Assembly: GCA_045649245.1 (NCBI GenBank)
Contig: JAZRPL010000133.1
Span: forward strand, 17,323-81,322
Length of the DNA: 64,000 nt
Origin: Ructibacterium sp.
Lineage (GTDB): Bacteria; Bacillota; Clostridia; Monoglobales; Monoglobaceae
Direction of reading: 5' to 3'
Part shown: one piece after another, positions 10,903 to 20,049 of the stretch
Layout of the letters: the number at the start of each line of letters is the position of its first letter
Numbering within the stretch: the first letter of the stretch is position 1
The notes under the pieces: model-generated
Told to the model about the DNA's origin: nothing
Seen by the model: only the letters and a program-made list of their open reading frames with translations
Database searches by the model: none
Translations under genes and position numbers: made by a program

Positions 10903-12579
10903 ATGAAGACAGACATTGAAATTGCGCAGGGGGCTAAAATGAAGCCCATTGGGGAGATTGCAGCGGCGTTGCACATTCCCGAGGAGAGCCTGGAATACTA
11001 TGGAAAATATAAGGCGAAATTGGGCAATGAGGTGTGGAAAGAAGCAGAAAAGCGGCCGGATGGAAAACTGATTTTAGTAACAGCCATCAATCCCACGCCC
11101 GCCGGAGAAGGTAAAACCACCACAACCGTGGGACTGGGACAGGCCATGGCCCAGATTGGAAAATCCGCAATCATTGCCTTGCGGGAGCCGTCTATGGGGC
11201 CGGTCATGGGAGTAAAGGGCGGTGCTGCCGGTGGCGGCTATGCCCAGGTAGTGCCCATGGAGGATATCAATCTCCACTTTACCGGAGATATGCATGCCAT
11301 TACTGCAGCCAATAATTTGTTATCTGCTGCTATTGACAATCATGTTCATCAAGGAAATGCCCTTGGCTTGGATGTAAGGCGGATTACCTGGAAACGATGC
11401 CTAGATATGAATGATCGGGCGCTGCGTCAGGTAGTGGTAGGCCTTGGAGGAAAGGTCAACGGCTTTCCCCGAGAGGATGGATTCATGATTACAGTGGCCA
11501 GCGAAATCATGGCGATTCTTTGTCTGGCCAATGATATGGAAGATTTAAAGGTGCGCCTTGGGCGGATTGTGGTTGGCTATAACTTGGAGGGACAGCCGGT
11601 AACGGCAGGCCAACTGGAAGTTGCCGGTGCCATGGCACTACTGTTAAAAGATGCCATCAAGCCTAATTTGGTACAGACTTTAGAGAACACGCCTTGTTTG
11701 ATGCATGGTGGACCTTTTGCGAACATTGCCCACGGTTGTAATTCGGTACAGGCCACCAAACTTGGATTGAAGTTGGCAGATTATTGCATTACCGAGGCAG
11801 GATTTGGCTCCGATTTGGGCGCAGAGAAGTTTTTTGATATCAAGTGCCGGTATGGCGGGCTCAAACCCAGCATGGTGGTTTTGGTGGCTACGGTGCGGGC
11901 GCTAAAGTACAATGGCGGTGTTGCCAAAGCCGACCTGGGCATTGAAAACTTAGAGGCACTGCAACAAGGGATGGTAAATCTGGGTGCCCATATAGAGAAT
12001 ATGCAGAAATACGGGTTGCCGGTGGTGGTTGCCATTAACCGGTTTGGTACAGATACCGAGGCAGAACTGAAGATGGTAGAGGACTACTGCAACCAAAAGA
12101 AGGTGGAAGTTTCTCTTTGTGAAGTTTTCGCTAAGGGCGGTGCCGGTGGTATTGATTTGGCGGAAAAGGTGGTCAAAACCATCGAAACCATGGATGGAAG
12201 CGGGACTTTTGCGCCTATCTATGATACAGAAAGTTCCATCAAAGAAAAGATTTTAGCAGTGGCACAAAAGATTTACGGTGCTACCGATGTAGTCTATGCC
12301 GGCAAAGCAGAAAATGAAATCAAACAATTAACCGAATTGGGATTTGACAAGATGCCAATCTGTATGGCAAAAACCCAGTATTCCTTATCGGATAATCCCA
12401 AGTTGTTAGGAAGACCGGAAGGTTTCTCCATTACCGTGCGGGAGGTACGGGTTTCGGCAGGTGCCGGATTTGTGGTAGTCCTGACCGGAGATGTGATGAC
12501 TATGCCCGGATTGCCTAAGGTACCGGCGGCCAATAAGATGGATCTTGACCGGGAAGGAAAAATCACCGGACTCTTTTAA
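10903..12579 (+). CDS. fhs: formate-tetrahydrofolate ligase
   Basis: [34 protein letters not shown]; GGAGG RBS. Confidence 0.97.
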   Translation: MKTDIEIAQGAKMKPIGEIAAALHIPEESLEYYGKYKAKLGNEVWKEAEKRPDGKLILVTAINPTPAGEGKTTTTVGLGQAMAQIGKSAIIALREPSMGPVMGVKGGAAGGGYAQVVPMEDINLHFTGDMHAITAANNLLSAAIDNHVHQGNALGLDVRRITWKRCLDMNDRALRQVVVGLGGKVNGFPREDGFMITVASEIMAILCLANDMEDLKVRLGRIVVGYNLEGQPVTAGQLEVAGAMALLLKDAIKPNLVQTLENTPCLMHGGPFANIAHGCNSVQATKLGLKLADYCITEAGFGSDLGAEKFFDIKCRYGGLKPSMVVLVATVRALKYNGGVAKADLGIENLEALQQGMVNLGAHIENMQKYGLPVVVAINRFGTDTEAELKMVEDYCNQKKVEVSLCEVFAKGGAGGIDLAEKVVKTIETMDGSGTFAPIYDTESSIKEKILAVAQKIYGATDVVYAGKAENEIKQLTELGFDKMPICMAKTQYSLSDNPKLLGRPEGFSITVREVRVSAGAGFVVVLTGDVMTMPGLPKVPAANKMDLDREGKITGLF

Positions 12580-12607
12580 CCGAGACCGACACAAAGAAGG
12601 TGACCTT

Positions 12608-14491
12608 TTGTTTATTGCAGATACGTATGATATTGCGGTGATAGGTGCCGGCCATGCCGGTATAGAGGCGGCTTTTGCCGCTTCCAGACTTGGACTTCGC
12701 ACCTGTCTGTTTTCTATCAGCCTAGACGGCGTAGCCAATCTTCCTTGCAATCCCAGCATTGGCGGGACGGCCAAGGGACATTTGGTGCGGGAGATTGACG
12801 CGCTGGGCGGCGAGATGGGACGGGTGGCAGACGCCACCTTCCTTCAGTCCCGTATTCTCAATCGGGGCAAGGGCCCGGCCGTACATTCCTTGCGGGCACA
12901 GATTGACCGGAGGGTTTATCAAACCGAGATGAAACATCGACTGGAACTTGCCGAGAATCTGGATTTGCGACAGGCGGAGATTGTGGATCTTACTTTAGAT
13001 GATAAGGGTGCCGTGCGTTCGGTTATTGCAAGAAGCGGTGCAGAATACCTTTGCCGGGCAGCAGTGCTTTGTACAGGAACCTATTTAAAGGCTCGGATTA
13101 TTATTGGGGAGTTTAGTCAAGAGAGTGGCCCGGATGGAGTATTTCCCGCCACCGAACTATCCCGAAATTTAGAACGAATCGGGGTGGAATTGGTACGGTT
13201 TAAGACCGGAACCCCGCCCAGAATCAACCGCAGAAGTATTGATTTTTCTCAGTTGGAGGAACAACCGGGGGATGAGGATATTACGCCATTTTCCTTTGAA
13301 ACCAAAGAAAAGTTGGCGAATCGGGCGGTTTGCCATATTACTTATACCAACGAGAAAACCAAGGAAATTATCCTAAAAAATCTGCATCGGTCCCCCCTCT
13401 ATGGCGGGGATATTAAGGGCATCGGCCCGCGGTATTGTCCGTCTATTGAAGATAAAATTGTCCGTTTTAAGGATAAGGAACGTCATCAACTGTTTGTGGA
13501 ACCTATGGGATTGGATACCGAGGAGATGTATTTACAGGGTTTTTCCAGCAGTATGCCGGAGGATGTGCAACTTAAGATGATTCATTCTCTGCCCGGGTTT
13601 GAGCACGCACAAGTGATGCGCAACGCCTATGCCATTGAATACGATTGTGCCGACCCGCTGCAGTTGCAGCCGTCTTTGGAAATGAAAAAAATTCCGGGGC
13701 TCTACGGTGCCGGACAGTTTAACGGAACCTCCGGATATGAGGAAGCAGCGGCCCAGGGTTTGATAGCGGGCATTAACGCTGCCCGCAAATTACAGGGGAA
13801 ACCGCCAATCGTGTTGAGCCGCTCTGAAGCATATATCGGTGCTTTGATTGATGATCTGGTTACCAAGGGAACTAACGAACCCTATCGAATGATGACTTCC
13901 CGGTCCGAGTATCGACTGCTTTTGCGACAAGACAATGCGGATTTGCGCCTGACACCCCTTGGGTATGAAATCGGGTTGATTTCGGAGGAACGGTATCAGG
14001 CTTTTTTGGAAAAAAAGAAACAGATTGAGGAGGAAATCAACCGCTTAGAAAAGGTAACCCTCCCGCCGACACCGGCCTTGCAGGCGTATTTGGAAGCGGT
14101 GGGGAGTACACCGCTACAGTCGGGGGTCCGGGCGGCGGAACTGTTGAAGCGGCCGCAGGTGGAGTATGCGGGACTTGAACCTTTTGATCCGGAGCGGGTA
14201 AGCCTTCCCGCCGAGGTGCAGGAACAGGTGGAAATCTCCATCAAGTATGAAGGGTATATTAAGAGACAGTTGAGTCAGGCAGCCCAATTTAAAAAATTAG
14301 AGGCCAAAAAGATGCCCGCGGATATTGATTATTTGAAGATAGATGGTTTGCGACTGGAGGCACGGCAGAAACTGGATAAAATTCGGCCGGAATCTTTGGG
14401 GCAAGCATCACGAATCTCCGGTGTATCACCGGCAGATATTTCGGTTTTGATGATCTGCTTAAAAGCGGAGAAGAAAACAGAGGAGGAATGA
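12608..14491 (+). CDS. mnmG: tRNA U34 modification enzyme MnmG/GidA
   Basis: GAGHAG, CNPSIGG, GPRYCPSIEDK, GTSGYEEAAAQG; TTG start inferred. Confidence 0.96.
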   Translation: MFIADTYDIAVIGAGHAGIEAAFAASRLGLRTCLFSISLDGVANLPCNPSIGGTAKGHLVREIDALGGEMGRVADATFLQSRILNRGKGPAVHSLRAQIDRRVYQTEMKHRLELAENLDLRQAEIVDLTLDDKGAVRSVIARSGAEYLCRAAVLCTGTYLKARIIIGEFSQESGPDGVFPATELSRNLERIGVELVRFKTGTPPRINRRSIDFSQLEEQPGDEDITPFSFETKEKLANRAVCHITYTNEKTKEIILKNLHRSPLYGGDIKGIGPRYCPSIEDKIVRFKDKERHQLFVEPMGLDTEEMYLQGFSSSMPEDVQLKMIHSLPGFEHAQVMRNAYAIEYDCADPLQLQPSLEMKKIPGLYGAGQFNGTSGYEEAAAQGLIAGINAARKLQGKPPIVLSRSEAYIGALIDDLVTKGTNEPYRMMTSRSEYRLLLRQDNADLRLTPLGYEIGLISEERYQAFLEKKKQIEEEINRLEKVTLPPTPALQAYLEAVGSTPLQSGVRAAELLKRPQVEYAGLEPFDPERVSLPAEVQEQVEISIKYEGYIKRQLSQAAQFKKLEAKKMPADIDYLKIDGLRLEARQKLDKIRPESLGQASRISGVSPADISVLMICLKAEKKTEEE

Positions 14492-14494
14492 TCT

Positions 14495-15220
14495 ATGATC
14501 CAAAGAAAGATATGGGCGGGGTTGATGGCCGCAGGGTTGTTGGCCATGATGCTTTCCGGTTGTAACTGGGGAAAAAACGGAGGTGCAGATGGAGGGAACA
14601 TTGTTCCCAGAAGCACCGAAGCCGGAATAGAAGGACAAAAGAACTATGATGTGCTGCTCGATGAGCGGCCCGAAGAAGAACGGTATCTTTATAGTATGGA
14701 TGACCTCTCTTTGGTGGATACTATCAGTGGCAAGAAGATTACGATAGGAATGTCCCGGGCGGAAATTGAAACCATTACCGGCGAGGCCGTTGCAACGACG
14801 CCTAGGTATTGCTTGTATGACGGTGTGGTGGTACAGTATACCGAAGAGGATATTGCCGGTGCATTGGTGGTTTCGGGTGGTGAATTCCGAGAAGAAGAAG
14901 CCGCTACCAAATATTTGACGGTGCGGGGCGTAGGTCTTTATACCAGTTTTGAAGATTTCGTCAAAGCCTATGGTGAGGAACACTTTGCCAAGGAGGAAGA
15001 GGAAGCCGTTGAAGGGGAAATGCCCTCAGAAACCCCCGCAAGAGCCATTCGGTATTTCCGGATAGACGGAAGAAAAGTAGAGTATTTAGGAACGGTCTTG
15101 ACGGAAGAGATGGAACAAGAGGGAGAAGAAAATCTATATATACAAGATTTTGTTTTCGGTAGGGAGACCAATCAGATTACAGCCATGCGAATCAGCCGGA
15201 TAGATATGCTGGGAAGATAA
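14495..15220 (+). CDS. hypothetical acidic lipoprotein
   Basis: Signal peptide with LSGC lipobox; GGAGG RBS. Confidence 0.7.
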   Translation: MIQRKIWAGLMAAGLLAMMLSGCNWGKNGGADGGNIVPRSTEAGIEGQKNYDVLLDERPEEERYLYSMDDLSLVDTISGKKITIGMSRAEIETITGEAVATTPRYCLYDGVVVQYTEEDIAGALVVSGGEFREEEAATKYLTVRGVGLYTSFEDFVKAYGEEHFAKEEEEAVEGEMPSETPARAIRYFRIDGRKVEYLGTVLTEEMEQEGEENLYIQDFVFGRETNQITAMRISRIDMLGR

Positions 15221-15224
15221 AAAG

Positions 15225-15254
15225 ACGGCAGAACGAATCCTTTCGTTCTGCCGT
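15225..15254. terminator. hairpin between convergent genes, likely terminator
   Basis: ACGGCAGAACGAA-tcct-TTCGTTCTGCCGT. Confidence 0.7.
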
Positions 15255-15255
15255 A

Positions 15256-15738
15256 CTAATTCACAGCCAAAATATTATAAAGTTGCAGACCCTGTTCTAT
15301 AGCGTAGGCCACGGTCCGATAGGTGCCGCTGCGAGGATTGGTTAAATAAAAGACACAGTTTGCACTGTGATCTACCATAAAACGATTTCGGCGCATCATA
15401 CAGCCTGAGAAATATTCTTGGGCAGTATAGTGAACGAAGTCGGCTCGGCGGCGGATTTCTTCGTAAAGATCCCGGTCGCCTTTAGACCATCGTTTGCTTT
15501 GATCTTGGCAAGGGAGCGCTAAGATTAAGCGGATATCGGGAAATTCGTTGCGGAGGTTTAAAACCGCTTGTGCGGCCAGGGTGTCAAAGCCCAGGGCGCC
15601 GCCGGTAATAAAATCAACCGTTCCCTGTTTGATAAGTTGTCGAATTTGTAATTCCAATCGTTGCGGCAGGGTCTTATGAAGATCTGCGGCAATGATGCGA
15701 TGCCCGGTAAAGCAACAGGCATAGTCTTTTTTTATCAT
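15256..15738 (-). CDS. SLOG family protein (DUF1273/YspA-like)
   Basis: CCFTGHR, FITGGALGFD, RNRFMVD, SGT. Confidence 0.85.
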   Translation of the reverse strand: MIKKDYACCFTGHRIIAADLHKTLPQRLELQIRQLIKQGTVDFITGGALGFDTLAAQAVLNLRNEFPDIRLILALPCQDQSKRWSKGDRDLYEEIRRRADFVHYTAQEYFSGCMMRRNRFMVDHSANCVFYLTNPRSGTYRTVAYAIEQGLQLYNILAVN

Positions 15739-15832
15739 AAAGACCCTTCCTCCATTCTGGAAAGCATCATATCATAGTTTGGGGGGCGGTGTCAATGCGA
15801 AACGGAAGAAAAAAGGAGTGATTGGATCGGTT

Positions 15833-16210
15833 ATGAAAGTTTTATTGCAAATAGCCCTTTTTTTTGTTCTTTGTATGATGAGTATGGGAATCAGTCATCT
15901 TTTGCCATTTACTTTTCCGGCAAGTGCCATCGCCATGATATTGTTATTTCTTGTTTTTCTTGTTAGGGCCTTGCGCCCGGCCGTCTTACGGGAGAGTAGT
16001 GAATTTTTTACCCAAAATATGGCCTTTTTCTTTATTCCCGCCAGCGTAGGGATTCTGGATTGCTTTGATAGGATTCGGGGGGCTATTATTCCCATTCTGG
16101 TGATCTGCGTTATTTCTACCTTTGTCACTTTTGCTGCGACGGTGTATACGGTGCGGGGAATCACTTTTTTGCAAAAGAAATATCGTATCCGGAGGAATCG
16201 CCATGAATGA
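15833..16210 (+). CDS. CidA/LrgA family holin-like protein
   Basis: PASAIAM and FFFIPASVG; precedes lrgB. Confidence 0.85.
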   Translation: MKVLLQIALFFVLCMMSMGISHLLPFTFPASAIAMILLFLVFLVRALRPAVLRESSEFFTQNMAFFFIPASVGILDCFDRIRGAIIPILVICVISTFVTFAATVYTVRGITFLQKKYRIRRNRHE

Positions 16211-16904
16211 GTTTTTAGCAGGAGTTTATGCTTTAACGGCAGAACCTGTCTTTGGAATCACATTGAGTATTTTTGCTTATGCCTTGGGGGTTTGGATCAA
16301 CCGAAAGACCAAGACGCCACTGACGAATCCGTTGCTGATCGCAGTTCTTTTGGTGATAGGGGTATTGCTTCTCTTTCGGATTCCCTATGAGAATTATCAA
16401 AAGGGAGGCACTGTTATCGAAATTTTCCTGATTCCGGCTACTGCAGCAATTGCCGTTAAAATTTATGAACAGTTTCCGCTGCTTCGGAGAAATTGGTTTC
16501 CGATCTTGATGGGAACTGCGGTGGGAGCGGCAGTATCCGTTCTTTGTGTTCTCGGACTTTGCCGATTGTTTTTTCTGGAGGAGGAACTCCTTTTCTCCTT
16601 GCTTCCAAAATCTGTTACCACGGCCATTGCGGTTTCGCTGTCAGAACAGTATGGCGGAATTGCCGCTGTGACGGTGGCGGCGGTGCTGATTACCGGAATT
16701 ACCGGCGCGGTGTTTGCACCGTTCTTGCTTCGCCTATTTCGGGTCAAAAACCCTGTGGAGGCGGGCATTGCCATTGGCACCAGCAGTCATGCACTGGGCA
16801 CCACCAAAGCCATTGAATTGGGTGATGAAGAGGGGGCGATGAGCGGAATCGCCCTGGGTGTAGCGGGACTGATTACCGTATTCTATCTCATGTTTTTTGG
16901 ATGA
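16203..16904 (+). CDS. LrgB/CidB family protein
   Basis: NPLLIA, PKSVTTAIA, GTSSHALGT. Confidence 0.9.
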   Translation: MNEFLAGVYALTAEPVFGITLSIFAYALGVWINRKTKTPLTNPLLIAVLLVIGVLLLFRIPYENYQKGGTVIEIFLIPATAAIAVKIYEQFPLLRRNWFPILMGTAVGAAVSVLCVLGLCRLFFLEEELLFSLLPKSVTTAIAVSLSEQYGGIAAVTVAAVLITGITGAVFAPFLLRLFRVKNPVEAGIAIGTSSHALGTTKAIELGDEEGAMSGIALGVAGLITVFYLMFFG

Positions 16905-17137
16905 GAATAAAAAAGTTGCACAAAACCCGCCTATGTTTTTCCAGAAAAAAGGAAAAAAGACCAATTTGTGGGAAAGACATCAAATGCCTTTTTAAGCACA
17001 ATATTTTGTGGACAAGGGATCTTTTGCATACTGCATAAAGGAAATAAAGGAAGTTACAGGGGAAAAACAGGCCAAAAGGCGGCTAGTAAAATATCACAAA
17101 AATTGCGGGGATTCCGTGCAAAACAAGTGCATTTGTC

Positions 17138-17166
17138 TTGATTTTTTCCGGAGAATATGTTAAAAT
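17138..17166 (+). promoter_or_regulatory. sigma-A promoter TTGATT-17-TAAAAT with extended TG
   Basis: Hexamers and spacing upstream of the amidase. Confidence 0.55.
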
Positions 17167-17228
17167 GAGAATAGTTATTATGCGAAAATGGCGTATTTTA
17201 GGATTAAAATGCAACGGAGAACGTTGAG

Positions 17229-18623
17229 GTGATATTCATGCAGAAACGCAAAAAATCAGTAGCGGCAATGCTGATATTTGCCCTTCTGGTGCTTGCACTT
17301 CCGGCACAGGTATTTGGATTAGAGTTTACCGATGTGCCCATTACTGCGTCTTATTACAAAGCGGTGGATAAACTGAGCAATGTCGGGGTCATCCAAGGAA
17401 GAGGCGATGGTGCCTTCGCGCCCGGGGATAAAACCACGCGGGCTGAGTTTTGTGCCTTTTTGGCAAGAGCCAATGGGTATAATGCCAATTACTATCAGCC
17501 AAAGGCTATGCCGTTTCCCGATGTGGATCAGAACAACTGGGCCTTCCCTTACATCTCGTTTTGTTATGAAAACGGATATATCAACGGTATGGAGAATGGA
17601 TACTTTTGCCCCAATAACTATGTGACGGACGAGCAGGCGGTAAAGATGGTAGTTTGTTCTTCCGGCGTGGGGGATGAATCTCTCTCCAAAGTTGGCCCTA
17701 AGTGGTATTCCGGTTATTTGAATGTGGCACAGAAATATGATTTGCTAAACGGAACACGGGTACGGGTAAGCAATTCGGCCAATCGTGCCTTTGTGGCACA
17801 GGTGGTCTATAATGCCATGTTGATGGATGGCGGGGACAGCGTCCAGGATGCGGTCATCATTGGCAATGGGGATGTAAGACCGATTCCTACTGCGGAAGTG
17901 ATCCCGGAGGCAACACCAGAACCAACGCCTAAGCCGACACCTAAGCCAACGCCTAAGCCAACACCTGCGCCCACGGCTAAGCCAACGTCTGCGCCGACGC
18001 TTAAACCGACACTTAAGCCAACGGCAACACCGAAACCCACACGGGTTCCGGCCAATGGAAAAGTGGTAGTCGTGTTGGATGCCGGACATAATTATAGCAT
18101 TACAGATACCGGTGCTACCGGGAACGGTCTGCGAGAGCAGGATATTACTTATGAGATTGCCAGTAAGACAAAACCTCTTTTGGAGAGAAACGGATTTTAT
18201 GTGATTATGACCCGTGAAAACCTGACCGATAATGTTTCTACTGAATCGGTTAGTGCCAGTTTGCGGCGGCGTGCTGAGATTGCCAACGAGGCCGGTGCGG
18301 ACTTATTCTTGTCGATCCATTGTAATGCCGGCGGCGGATCCGGAACCGAAACATATTATTATAACGATTCTGTTTTGGGTGAGGAATTGGCAACAACCTT
18401 GCAGGAAAATGTCGTTGCGCAAGTTGGACTGGAGGATCGTGGTGTAAAATCAGCAAGTTATGCTGTTTTGCGGTATACAACCATGGTGTCTGCATTGCTG
18501 GAAACTGCCTTTATTGACACAGAAAAAGATGCGAAGGTATTGCAGAGCGAGGACAGGCAATGGGCCTTTGCCATAGGAATTGCCAAAGGTATTTGCGAGT
18601 ATTTTGGTAAGAGTTATCAATAA
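17229..18623 (+). CDS. SLH-domain N-acetylmuramoyl-L-alanine amidase
   Basis: Signal peptide, SLH (TRAEF), Pro/Thr linker, LDAGH..E..SIHCN..LLETAF. Confidence 0.9.
   Translation: MIFMQKRKKSVAAMLIFALLVLALPAQVFGLEFTDVPITASYYKAVDKLSNVGVIQGRGDGAFAPGDKTTRAEFCAFLARANGYNANYYQPKAMPFPDVDQNNWAFPYISFCYENGYINGMENGYFCPNNYVTDEQAVKMVVCSSGVGDESLSKVGPKWYSGYLNVAQKYDLLNGTRVRVSNSANRAFVAQVVYNAMLMDGGDSVQDAVIIGNGDVRPIPTAEVIPEATPEPTPKPTPKPTPKPTPAPTAKPTSAPTLKPTLKPTATPKPTRVPANGKVVVVLDAGHNYSITDTGATGNGLREQDITYEIASKTKPLLERNGFYVIMTRENLTDNVSTESVSASLRRRAEIANEAGADLFLSIHCNAGGGSGTETYYYNDSVLGEELATTLQENVVAQVGLEDRGVKSASYAVLRYTTMVSALLETAFIDTEKDAKVLQSEDRQWAFAIGIAKGICEYFGKSYQ
17910..18041 (+). repeat. 12-bp degenerate tandem repeat encoding a PTPK linker
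   Basis: CCAACGCCTAAG/CCGACACCTAAG-type units. Confidence 0.85.
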
Positions 18624-18633
18624 GAAAAAAGAT

Positions 18634-18665
18634 CATGCCCGCCGCCCCAATGGGCGGCGGGCATG
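18634..18665 (+). other. GC-rich hairpin without U-tract
   Basis: CATGCCCGCCGCCC-caat-GGGCGGCGGGCATG. Confidence 0.65.
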
Positions 18666-18697
18666 GTTCGCTTTGAGAAGGAGATAGGAGGAAGGCT

Positions 18698-19942
18698 ATG
18701 AAGAAGCCGGAATTGCTGGCGCCGGCCGGCAACTTAGAAAAACTAAAAAAAGCATTTATTTACGGAGCGGATGCAGTATATATCGGCGGTGAGGCGTTTT
18801 CGTTGCGGACAGCAGCGGAGAATTTTACAACACGCGAAATGCGGGAAGGGATCGATTTTGCCCATGCCCGTGGCGGAAAGGTATACTTGACCGCGAACAT
18901 AATCCCGCATAATCGGGACATCGACGAGTATGCCGCATATTTGAGGGAGGTAAAAGATATCGGCCTTGATGCAGTAATCCTCTCCGATTTGGGGATGTTT
19001 GCGGTTACACGGGAAATTGCGCCGGATTTGGAGATCCATGTTAGCACCCAGGCAAATAACACCAATTATCAAAGTGCAAGAGCCTGGCGGGAGATGGGGG
19101 CAAGCCGGGTTATTTTGGCACGGGAGATGTCTTTGGAGGAAATCCGGGAGATTCGGCAGCGGGTTCAACCGGACCTGGAATTAGAGGCCTTTGTGCACGG
19201 CGCCATGTGTATATCCTATTCCGGCCGGTGTCTTTTGAGCAACTATATGACGGGACGGGATAGTAATCAGGGTAGTTGCGCCCATCCGTGCCGTTGGAAA
19301 TATTATCTTATGGAGGAACATCGGCCCGGGGAATATATGCCGGTATTTGAAAATGAGCGGGGAACATTTATCTATAACTCCAAAGACCTTTGTATGATCG
19401 AACATATGGATCAGTTGATAGAAGCGGGATTATCCAGTTTTAAAATCGAGGGTAGGGTAAAATCGGAGTATTATGTAGCAACGGTAATTAAAGCATACCG
19501 GGAGGCTATCGACGCCTATTTTGCAGATCCGGAGCATTATACAGTGCAGCCGGAATGGCTGGAAGATTTGAAAAAAGTAAGCCACAGGGATTATACCACC
19601 GGTTTTTACTTCGGCAGACCCGGTGCACAGGAACAGAATTATGCCAGCAGTTCCTATCTGCGAGATTATGATATGGTTGGGGTGGTCACCGGCTACGATG
19701 CCAAGACCGGTCTTGCTGCGGTAGTGCAGAAAAACCGATTCTTCCGAGGTGATGTGATTGAGTTTTTGCGGCCGGTGGGCAAGTTTTTTTCTCAGACTGT
19801 GTCAGAACTGTATGATGACCAGCAAAATCCGATGGAGGTTGCCAACCGTCCCCAGAGTATTGTTTATGTCAAAACAGAAGAGCCGGTGGAGATAGATACC
19901 TTTTTGAGAAAGGCCCGTAACGAAAAAGTAACCAAAATATGA
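18698..19942 (+). CDS. U32 family protein (TrhP/YegQ-like tRNA hydroxylation)
   Basis: PELLAPAG, HGAMCISYSGRCLLS, CAHPCRW, KIEGR. Confidence 0.9.
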   Translation: MKKPELLAPAGNLEKLKKAFIYGADAVYIGGEAFSLRTAAENFTTREMREGIDFAHARGGKVYLTANIIPHNRDIDEYAAYLREVKDIGLDAVILSDLGMFAVTREIAPDLEIHVSTQANNTNYQSARAWREMGASRVILAREMSLEEIREIRQRVQPDLELEAFVHGAMCISYSGRCLLSNYMTGRDSNQGSCAHPCRWKYYLMEEHRPGEYMPVFENERGTFIYNSKDLCMIEHMDQLIEAGLSSFKIEGRVKSEYYVATVIKAYREAIDAYFADPEHYTVQPEWLEDLKKVSHRDYTTGFYFGRPGAQEQNYASSSYLRDYDMVGVVTGYDAKTGLAAVVQKNRFFRGDVIEFLRPVGKFFSQTVSELYDDQQNPMEVANRPQSIVYVKTEEPVEIDTFLRKARNEKVTKI

Positions 19943-19955
19943 CAGGGGGTTTCCC

Positions 19956-19984
19956 TTGACTTTTTGGCACTTTGATGATAAACT
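19956..19984 (+). promoter_or_regulatory. sigma-A promoter TTGACT-17-TAAACT with extended TG
   Basis: Hexamers and spacing. Confidence 0.6.
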
Positions 19985-20049
19985 TAGACTTATGAAGGTG
20001 TTTGCCTTTTTAAAGCATGGAAAGCGATAACGAACAGGAGGAAATGACG

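Noticed and set aside
16905-17137. Recurring GCACAA/TGCA words upstream of the amidase
   Set aside because: No consistent spacing or palindrome to define an operator
17910-18041. Short tandem repeats as a CRISPR array
   Set aside because: In-frame 12-bp coding repeats with no spacers and no cas genes
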